From the NCBI GenBank assembly GCA_951406725.2, contig OX597819.1, positions 120,404,001-120,468,000 on the forward strand: DNA of 64,000 nucleotides, in the 5' to 3' direction. A program made the translations under genes and the position numbers. Each line of letters opens with the position of its first letter. Position 1 is the stretch's first letter. The notes beneath the pieces were generated by a model that saw nothing but the letters and a program-made list of their open reading frames with translations, was not told where the DNA came from and did not search any database. The stretch comes from Octopus vulgaris (taxonomy: Eukaryota). This document shows, piece after piece, positions 53,055 through 64,000 of this stretch.

Positions 53055-54857
53055 TATATATAGCCATGCACACATAGTTGCATACATATACATGTAACAA
53101 ACATACACATATACACATACATCATGATATACATACATATATACGTCCTTATATGCATACATGTGTGTGTGTGTGTGTTTCAGTGTTTACGTGAGTATGT
53201 GTATGGATAGAAAGAAGGCGAGAGAGAGAGAGAGTTAGAGAGAGAGGGGGTAGTGAGAGGGAGAAAGAAAATTATAATGAAGTGAGAGGAAAGAGAAACA
53301 AGGAGATGCTATGGGAGTGAGAGATATGTAGATAGATAGGTGCATAGATAAAAAGGGAGGAGGAAATGGAAAATATGAGAAGGGGAGATATCGCCCCTGC
53401 CCCTGCCCCTGCACATACACCACCAAAAACAAACAAAAGAGAAACAAGAAAAATTGTGCTCGTAAGAGACTGTAAGAGGCAAGGCCGAGAGAAAAGGCAA
53501 ATGAACACCAACAAGTATATCAGCCGAAAAGAAAAGAAAAGAAACCAAAAAAAAAAACAGCATTCGAAGCAAATAAAACCTACAAAAACAATACAATCAA
53601 CAACATCAACAACAACATGTACAATTACAAGAAGAAGAATAAAATAGCATAGCTGATAGATGAAGATAGAGACCGATGTTTGAAGGCGGTCAGACAGTAT
53701 TTTGAACGAATCCAGATGTGGACCTAGTCGTCTATCTTATCTGGTACGAAGAATAAATAAAGAGCTATATGCGACTATCTCGCAGAAGCGATAACATAAG
53801 TTACGCCTTCAAGCTTAGATCTTAAATATTTCTTCTCAGATTGACGAAAATACTAGAAAGTAAAACAACGCGAAAATATAGCAACAAAAAAATGTGTATC
53901 GCGTGTATGCGTGTAATCATAACCACACACACGCATAGAATACCAATAGGCATACTACACGGGTAGATGTAAGTATGTATAAATACGGGAATAGATAAGT
54001 GTGTAAATGTGTGTGTGCGTGTACACACGTACAGAAACACACACACATACACACAAACATATATACATACATATATGTATATATATATATATATATACAC
54101 CTGTGCAAATATATATGAATATATAGATGGTCATATACATGCGTATATATTCATATATGTGTGTGTGTATTATATATATATATATATGTATATATGTATG
54201 CATATATATATCTGTATATATATATATATATATATATACACACTCACAATATGTACATATATATATATGCACACGCATATAGAGACACACACACATATAT
54301 ACATATATATATATATGTATGTATGTATTTATTTATATAAGTATATATAACTACGCATATACATCTACATACAAACACACACACATACACATATATGTAT
54401 ACACCGGCATATATATATATATATATTTACCTATATTTATACATGCATTGATATACATACATGCATACATACATATATATATAAATATATACATATATAT
54501 ATATATGCATGCATATAAAAATAACATAACAACCACAAGTGTAATATGATACGAATAATAACAAATGTAACAATGAAGATAATAACTGAACGACAATAAA
54601 AGAAAGAGGAAAAAAGACAAAATGGCCACCGAGAGGAATAGGAGGAGAAAAGAACGTGAAGTGGTGGCGGTATGAGGCGGGATCGTTGGGTGGAAGGATA
54701 AAGTTGGAAATGCAAATACATAATTTTATAAGCAAAGTATCTATTGCTTGGAAGCTCGCTTGGTAAGGATTATTGTAGTTCTCGTTAGGGGATACATACT
54801 TCTTGTGAGTGCGTGTGAGCGTGTGTTTTTGTGTGTCTGTGAGTGCGTTTGTATAAC

Positions 54858-54936
<79 letters not shown>

Positions 54937-54943
54937 GCTATAT

Positions 54944-54975
<32 letters not shown>

Positions 54976-55264
54976 CTATACTCACACGCACACACATATA
55001 TATATACACACACATATGCATAGATATATGCATCAATGTATGCGTAAGTATATACACACGCCATTCTCATACGCACATTAAATATTTCGTATAATCAGAA
55101 AATTCGAAAATAAGATTCTTCTGTATTAAAAATTCTTCGTTATATCATCTGAGCTGGAGAAAGATGTATATCATGAACATTTTCCACTCAAGATTTTATA
55201 ATTGACCTTAGGCGCTTTCGCTTTTTACAACTTTTCAAATACACGTATTATTGGGTTAATATAT

Positions 55265-55348
55265 GTTTACGGGGATGTAAACACACCAGCATTGGTTGTC
55301 AAGCGGTGGTGGAAGGATCAACACAGATACATAAACAGACACCTACAC

Positions 55349-55383
<35 letters not shown>

Positions 55384-55552
55384 ATACATATATATTGAGG
55401 ACGAGCTTCTTTCAGCTTCCGTCTACCAAATCCACTCCCAAGTCTTTGGTCGGCTCGTGGCTATAGTAGAAGAGACTTGCCCATGATGCCACGCTGTGGG
55501 ACTGAACCCGGAACCATGTGGTTGGTAAGCAAGCTTCTTAACACACAGCTAC
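55265..55552 (-). mobile_element. SINE family B
   Basis: Family consensus match. Confidence 0.85.
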
Positions 55553-56109
55553 TCTTGCATCTATACACACACACACACAGACGCGCACACACAGACACAG
55601 ACACACACACACATATATATGTAATTATGTGTATAGATTTCATTGATTATGTAATAACTTTAAACTGAAAGTTATTCGAACTGAAGGAATAAGTAAGTCA
55701 TATTCAGCCATCATTCTTCCACACATGCCTACTCCGTCCACAAGTCATACGAACTGATACTAAAATCAGTTAAAGAGACTAAATAGACACACACAGGCTA
55801 TACATATGCAGTTACATATACATACAGATGCTATCGTTTTATTCCAGCAGAAGGACAGAAAGACGTATATGAATGACACAAATGGAAAGTTTAAATATAA
55901 AATTATACGTAGCGACACACAGCAGATATTCACAAGAATGTTTATGTTTCATAATATCATATACACAAGGGGTTGAAAGACTTATAAAGACACCTGTTAT
56001 AATATATGTATGTATATATGTATATGTATGTGTGTATGTATGTATGTATGTATGTATGTATGTATGTATGTATATATATATAAATATATATATAATCTAA
56101 ATATATGTA

Positions 56110-56142
<33 letters not shown>

Positions 56143-56208
56143 TTCTCTCTATATATATATGTGTGTGTGTGTGTGTATATATATAGTGAGAGAGAAAGAG
56201 AGAGAGAT

Positions 56209-56245
<37 letters not shown>

Positions 56246-56756
56246 CATAATTATTTGTGTAAGTGCGTGTCTGTGCACGTGGATACATACACACACACAC
56301 ATGCATACACACACATATATACACACAGACGCGCTTGCGCGCACACACACATATTTTTATATACACAGATTTATATACACGTATAAAATCATTGCAGAAG
56401 CTCAAAGTATTCCTCCGTGCATGCTTAACAGCGCCTCTTTCATCTCTTCTTATTTCTGTCATTAAAGTAAGGTCATACTGGGGCAACACTTTTATCGAAC
56501 AAGTGAACCAAGTACATGTTTTTACGTCTCGAAATTTGCTGGATGTTTCTTCTGTTGAACCGCTAAGTTAGGGGATAAAACAAACAAAAAAAAAGCTAAG
56601 CTGCTGTTCAAAAACAAGCCAAGCTGTTGGTGATGGAGGCAAATACAAACATACACTCTCACTCACTCACACATACACACACACACGCCCACGCACACAC
56701 ATATACATCTATAGATGTTTGTATGATTTTATGTATACATGTTTATATTATTTATG

Positions 56757-56820
<64 letters not shown>

Positions 56821-56909
56821 CATGTATATGTCTCTCACTCTCTGTCCGTCTATTCATCAATCAGTCAATCAATCAATCAATCAATCAACCAATTAATCAA
56901 TTATTTCAT

Positions 56910-57122
56910 TTTAGTACTCTAGGGACAAGGCCCGAAATTTTGGGGGAAGGAACCAGTCGATTAGATAGATCTCCAGTACGCAACTGGTACTTAATTTGTC
57001 GATCTCGAAGGATGAAAGGCAAAGTCGACCTTGGTGGAATTTGAACTCAGAACGTAGTGGCAGACGAAATGCCACTAAGCCTTTCGCCCGGCATACTAAC
57101 TTTTCTCCCAGCTCGCTGCCTT
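56910..57122 (-). mobile_element. SINE family A with alternative tail
   Basis: TACTCTAGGGACAAGGCCCGAAATTTTGGGGGAAGG tail + central domain + head. Confidence 0.85.
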
Positions 57123-57996
57123 TGATCAATTATTCTATCTATACACATGCACACGCACTCACACTCACACTCACACACACACACACACACACGCAGGAAA
57201 ACATTCACACATATACTTATATACACGACGTGTTCTCCCCGTTTCCTCGTTCTGACTCTCTAGTAGAAGACCCTTGCACACGTTATCGAGCAGTGGAACT
57301 AGACACCTCGTAGTTACAAAACTCGTTTGTTAACCACTCAGTGAATCCTGAACCCATAAGCAGTTTCTTTTCTTATGAGCATTCTTTTTAGTTTATGTTA
57401 ATTCCATGCTGGAGATTTATCTTCTCAGCTCTCTGTGTCTTGTCTATGTATGTCTAGGATTTTGCTATTTTTGAATCTATGGCTTAGGAGGGGCATTTCT
57501 TTGTAGATGACTGGTCAGACCTGTTAGTGAGAACTTCATCTAAATTCCCTTAAGAAGACACTTGCCCTAGGTGCCACGCAGTGGGACTGAACCCGGAACC
57601 ATGTGATTGGTAAGCAAGCTACCTACCACACTGCCATATAGATTTCTTTTTTATTTACATTGTGTTTAATGGCATTCGTTGTTTGCCTACGTCATTACAG
57701 TGTCAAAATGCCATGTTTGCGACGTAGTAACATTTGTAGTAACGATGATGAAGATGATGACGACGATAATGAAGAAGATAATGATGATGATGGTGATGAT
57801 GATGATAGTTATAATCATGTCATCCACCCTGTTTCCATCCACCTAGTTTAATCCTTATGGCTTGAACCGACCCAGAACAATATAAAGTCACTTGCCCCGA
57901 ATTCGACGGAGCAAGGTCGAACTTAGGAGGTCGCATGATTGATTATAAAGTGAACAACCGTTTAACAATCTCGGTTTTGCTTGCGTCTAAGTCTTG

Positions 57997-58198
57997 TACA
58001 GGGTGTTGAAAAAGTCTCTCCGCAGTAAGTATTTTATTGCAAAATAAATATTTATAAGATGGTTTAAGACTACAAAAGAATTTATTAGACTTTACAAGAC
58101 GCTGAAAAGCTTTATAAGAGGTGTTGAAAGTGTCGTCCTCCATTTTCATTACATAAGTTGACTCTTCTAAAATACACTGCGGGGAGGCATTTTGATAT
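57997..58198 (-). mobile_element. Tc1/mariner-superfamily right end with transposase C-terminus
   Basis: TA-CAGGGTGTTGAAAAAG TIR-like end; minus strand [19 protein letters not shown]. Confidence 0.7.
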
Positions 58199-58200
58199 TA

Positions 58201-58254
<54 letters not shown>

Positions 58255-58271
<17 letters not shown>

Positions 58272-58564
58272 GTATATGTATGTATATACCGCGCAAACAC
58301 ACATATATATACGTACATCATATATATATATATATATGTTTTACTCTTTATCTTTTATTAAACTTTTAATACTTTTGATATATATATATAAAATAATATA
58401 AATTAATTAATTTTATGTATTGGCTTATGTTTTTCATTGTTTGATTTGCCTAATAGTGGTTTTATCTCTAATTTAATATGATATAATATATATTTTACTA
58501 TAAAATTGGATTTAATCCTAAATCTGATTTTTCCCTGTAAGTTTGGATTTATTCCCTAATATTT

Positions 58565-58601
<37 letters not shown>

Positions 58602-58650
58602 GTACGTATATATATGTGTGTTTGCGCGGTATATACATACATATACATAC

Positions 58651-58665
<15 letters not shown>
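58255..58665. repeat. Inverted duplication of flank around an AT-rich insert (58337-58569)
   Basis: ATACCGCGCAAACACACATATATATACGTACATCA on the left; TGAGGTACGTATATATATGTGTGTTTGCGCGGTAT on the right. Confidence 0.9.
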
Positions 58666-58707
<42 letters not shown>

Positions 58708-59496
58708 CTCCGTAGAATAGAATAATATTCTTTGCTCATGATTTGTAATATGGTGGCGGTACGTGCGTTGAGGTCTTGTGTAACTGAGCTCAACATGTAT
58801 ACATAAAATATATCATAGTTAATGCTATTAAAATATATAAATAAGAAAGAAGGAGTGTTATGCTAAAATAGTATACGATTATTTCGCTAGTAAATAACGT
58901 TGGAACGCCGTACACACAATGAAAAATGTGTGTGTGTATATATCTGGATATTTAATATATGAATTATTTTGAATAGTAAAAGAAGAATGATGCTGCGAGA
59001 TTCAATGACAAAACGGCCAATAATATTTCGAAATTTATCCGGAAAGTACAGAAGACATTTTCAGAGTTAATCTTGTTTCATGATTTTCTTCATAAATTTT
59101 TACATCGTCAGTCAAAAAGCAACGACGTCGTAACTTTGTAAAATTTTTACTGAAAGAATTGGTGAGTAAATATTCTGCAACGAATATATCTTGAGCTTGA
59201 AAATAAATTTGTTTAGGAATTAAATTATTCTGTGATGCAATCTATATTTTGAATAGTAATTCAATACTTCTATATTTCACATACATACATCAATGAGTGT
59301 TTCTATATTTAATATACACATAACGTTAAATCGGTATTTCTATGTTTACCATACATAGATTGAAAAGCTAAATTTTCAACGACAGTGAAAAACATCAATG
59401 TTAAAATCAAAAAATAGTATTTTCTAGAACGTACAGAACATCTATTTTTATGATTCCCGCAAGGACTAAAATACTTTGATTCCGATTACATAGTAT

Positions 59497-60331
59497 TTTA
59501 CTCTTCTACTTGTTTCAGTCATTTGCTTGCGGCCATGCTGGAGCACCGCCTTTTAGTCGAGCAAATCAACCCCAGGACTTATTCTTTGTAAGGCTTGTAC
59601 TTATTCTATCGGTGTCTTTTGCCGAACCGTTAAGGTACGGGGACGTAAACAAACAGCATCGGTTGTCAAGCAATGTTGGGGGGACAAACACAGACACACA
59701 ACACACACACACACACATACACACACACACATATATATATATACATACGACGGGCTTCTTTCAGTTTCCGTCTACAAAATTTACTCACAATACTTTGGTC
59801 GGCCCGAGGCTATAGCAGAAGACACTTGCCCAAGGTGCACTGGGACTGAACCGGGAACCATGCGGTTAATAAGCAGGCTACTTACCACACAACCACTCCT
59901 GTTGTCTTTTTTATAAAATGTTGGGTGGGTGCAAGCCAATCTTATTGTGGGCTTTCAATAAGAGCGACTTTGAATTGATACACACATAAGTATATTTCAT
60001 CGTATCAGCAAAGGCCATCCTGGTTATTGACAAGAAATCCTTTTCCTGTATATCTCAACAACAGGGTCATCAAGTCGCTGTTCCATCTCTTTTTTACTCT
60101 TTTACTTGTTTCAGTCATTTGACTGTGGTCATGCTGGGGCACCGCCTTTTAGTCGAGTAAATCGACGCCAGGACTTATTCTTTGTAAGCCTAGCACTTAT
60201 TATATCGGTCTCTTTTAAGAGAACGATAGAATAAGCTGGTTTGTTTACGTCTCCGTTAAGTTACGGAGACGTAAACAAACCAGCATCGGTTGTCAAGCGA
60301 TGTTGGGGGACTGGCACAGACACATACACAC

Positions 60332-60374
<43 letters not shown>

Positions 60375-60396
60375 CATATACACACACATACATACA

Positions 60397-60474
<78 letters not shown>

Positions 60475-60627
60475 TACGACGGACTTATTTCAGTTTCCGT
60501 CTACCAAATCCACTCACAAGGCTTTAGTCGGCCCGAGGCTATAGAAGAAGATACTTGCTCAAGATTCCACGCAGGGGGACTGAACTTAGAACCATGTGGT
60601 TGGTAAGCAATCTACTTACCACACAGC
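59497..60627 (-). mobile_element. Two full-length SINE family B copies (59497-59900; 60090-60627)
   Basis: Family consensus with an internal (CA)/(TA) tract. Confidence 0.9.
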
Positions 60628-62097
60628 GTTATTCCCACAACAATCTTAGCATCTCCGAATTAGAAAGTTGTACGCAACCTGGATTAAGATCCAGTTCAGG
60701 TATCTGATTGACCGCCACTTCTTCCCCCATCTGCACACTAAACGCTTTGTTCTAGCCCTTCCAGAGCAAAAAGCCTCTGGAATTCCATCGTTGTTCTTAA
60801 GTTTCCATGATAATGTCGAAGCCACTCCGATTCAAACTAAACCGCATTCAACTTAGAAAACTAAAAGAGTCTAAAAATATCGTAGATATTCTTCCACTTC
60901 AATAATATCCAACAAAAGATGTTAAATATTGATTTCAAATTTTAGTACCAGGCCAACTATTTCGCGGGGAGGTGGCAAGTCGATTACTTCGACCCCTTCT
61001 CTTCAACTGGTATTTATTTTATCGACACCGAAAGGATAAAAAAAAAAAAAAATTCGAAGTCGACCTCGTCGTAATTTGAACTTAAAACGGAAAGGCAGAC
61101 GAAATAAAATGATACGAATTTCGTTCTAGTTTGCTAACGATTCGGCCAGCTTGCTGCCTCAATGATATGCGTTATATGTTATGGGATTTGAAGGGAAATG
61201 TCTCTCTTAAAGCTAATCTCTGCATTTATGCATTCTTACATGATTTTTTTTTTTTTACCTGTGTAGCTGTGAGTATATATTTTCTAAATGACTATGGGAT
61301 GAGGGACAGTCATGGCTCTTTGGTTAAGAACCTCGTTTAGCAACAACGTGGTCTCGGGTTCAATCCTACTGTACGGTAGATTGGACGAATGTTTCTATTA
61401 TAATCCCGGGTTGTGCAGTGATTTGTGTATTGGGGATCTGATTGACGAAACTGAATGGAAGCCCATCGTACACACACACACACACATATGTGAGTATGTG
61501 TGTGTGTGTATATGTGTGTGAGACTGTGTGTAAGTGTCTGTGTATGCCCTCCATCACCATTTGCCTTGCAGTTCGGCAAGAGATACAGACAGAATAATAA
61601 TCAGATTTAAAAATGCGTATTGGTGTTAATTTCTTCGACTAAGCCCCTCAAGGAAGTGCTGCAGCCTGGCCGCAGTCCAGTGAGTGAACCAATGAGCCGG
61701 AACCTCTTATAATCCGCACTAGTTTACACAAATATATAGGTACCTCAATCTCATGTAATTATTTAAGTACAGTTAATATTTGTTTCATTTAAAGTGTTTT
61801 GAGCAAAGGTAACCGGCCATGCTACAGCATGTTCAGTAGTATAGAATGGTTTTGGAACCAGACGTCCCGGAAAACCGATATTGTACCTGTAATACATAGG
61901 TAACAGGCCTGTATTCCTTAACAGTATAAGAACCTACATTTCTAAGTAAAACAAAGATATCAACAACAACAACAAAAACAATAACATCAGCAGCATCAAC
62001 AGCATCATCAAGAACATCAACACCAACAATAAAAAAAAACAACATCAACAACAACTACATCAACAATTACAAAAACAGCAACATCAATATCAACAGC

Positions 62098-62288
62098 AAG
62101 AAGAAGAAGAAGACGAAGAAGAAGAAGAAGAAGAAGAAGAAGAAGAAGAAGAAGAAGAAGAAGAAGAAGAAGAAGAAGAAGAAGAAGAAGACGAAGAAGA
62201 AGAAGAAGAAGAAGAAGAAGAAGAAGAAGAAGAAGAAGAAGAAGAAGAAGAAGAAGAAGAAGAAGAAGAAGAAGAAGAAGAAGAAGAA
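62098..62288. repeat. (GAA)n microsatellite, ~63 units with two interruptions
   Basis: Direct inspection. Confidence 0.99.
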
Positions 62289-62695
62289 AACAGCCACGAA
62301 GCCTGTAAGAAGTCTCCAAACGTACACGAAATAGTAAGTAAATCACTCTCAGAACGTGAACTTACGTCTGGAAAAAAAAACAGTTAATAAAATTTCATAC
62401 CGTCTAACATCTAAACGGAATGGTCATAGCTGGAAGGCTTTTAATAATAAAGTATGTTCATTCAGAAAGGTAATTTGGGAACAGATGCTCTAACAAACAG
62501 GAAGGAGTTGTTGTTGTTGTTGGTGGTGGTGGTGGTGGTAGTAGTGGTCGTGGTCATGGTCACGATTGGAATGGCTTTTTTTTTTAATGATTGCGGTGGT
62601 CTAAAATCTGCTCGACTAAAATTTACCCGGTCTAAGCTCCGCGACCACCACTGCAGAAACAAAAAGAACAACCTGAACAGAAAAAAAAGAACAAT

Positions 62696-62756
<61 letters not shown>

Positions 62757-63811
62757 GCTACTACTACAGCTGCTATTACTGCTGAGGATGATGATGTTGC
62801 TCCTACCACCACCACTATACCACCACCACCATCACCGCCTCCGCCACCCCCACCGCCTACGCCATTACTACTACTACTGCGACTACTAATCTACTTGAGC
62901 TGCTACTGCTGCTACTACTACTACTATTGCTGCTAGTACTACTACTACTATTACTACTCCTGCTACTACACTTCTACTAATATTGTTGCTGTTTACTACT
63001 ACTACTATTACTTTTACTACTACTACTACTACTACTACTACTACCAATACTGCTAATGTTGCTGCTGTTACTACTACTACTACTCTGCCACTAACCAACC
63101 AAAATATAATAAACAAATAAAGCAACGCAATGTTTATTTCTAGGTAAATCGTCATAGAGGTTATCTTAAAACCAACGAATGTATAAGTTGAAAACAAAAA
63201 AAGAGAGAGAAAAATAAGAAAAATATGAAAAAAATAAGAAAAACAAATAAAAAAAGCAGCCTCTTCTCTTATCTAATATAATCAAAATAGTTCGCCTCTT
63301 ATAGCATTAACATCTTATCAGACTGTTGTCTGCTAATTCAACGTTGATAAACGTTTATCGTCAGAGAGCAATCGAAAATGGAATTTCTTAAAACAAACAA
63401 CTCACTTAACGAAATAATAGTCTTCACTAGTTATGTTAATTTTTCATTCACTAACCTTTCTTTATTCTTTATTAGCTACGAATTTCTTTCCAAGTTTTTC
63501 TTTTATTATTATTATTACTACCATTATTATTATTATTTTCTTTCTTCGGTATATTCTATTTCAAATAGACTCCATTTTTTTTTTATTATTTACACATATT
63601 ATTATTTTTTTTTTGAAAAAAAGAAAAAAAATTTTTTTTAAAAGAAAAAAATTTTTTTTTTTTAATATCATTATAAAAATTTCTCAGATATTAACAACTT
63701 CAAAACTCCGTTATCCTTGTTTCTCGTTTTATTGTTTGCTATTTATCACTTCTAATCTCAGATTGTCCATTCATAATTATTCATTTTTCATTTCAAATCT
63801 AAATAAGTTGC

Positions 63812-63858
<47 letters not shown>

Positions 63859-64000
63859 GTTTTGGCTTGGCAATTGATACGTGTTGCACCCAAGTCTCCA
63901 CCAGAGACGTCAAGCGACCACAAGATATTGCATCCGAAGAGGCTAACAGGTGAGGTACCGTGCCATTGAAAACAGAGTCTGTGAGAGAAAGAGGGAAAGA

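Noticed and set aside
53712-53744. Small hairpin CCAGAT...ATCTGG as pre-miRNA
   Set aside because: Stem too short and no recognisable mature miRNA
63895-63956. Exon ending CAG|GTGAGG
   Set aside because: No polypyrimidine acceptor or homology; at the window edge

Overview
AT-rich, microsatellite-saturated animal DNA, intergenic or intronic, with one 100-N assembly gap (20029-20128). The SINE complement suggests an octopus or related coleoid cephalopod (inference). I cannot support any host protein-coding gene; almost all ORFs in the track are microsatellite or SINE artefacts. Recognisable content: a decayed Penelope-like (PLE) reverse transcriptase interrupted by a complete but inactivated mariner (TIRs plus TA duplication), RTE, R4/Dong-like and CR1-like LINE 3' ends, a non-autonomous Helitron, several MITEs and foldbacks, at least three tRNA-derived SINE families, a 57-bp minisatellite and a ~30-copy 159-bp satellite. 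The most interesting signal is a set of minimal type I hammerhead-ribozyme motifs. It includes an apparently intact U3-A8 core variant inside a 362-bp tandem-plus-inverted non-coding unit (PLE pseudo-LTR or retrozyme-like) next to the PLE. Also notable are recurrent inverted duplications at (TA)n tracts, fixed-junction SINE multimers, and a satellite built from a retroposon-like 3' tail.
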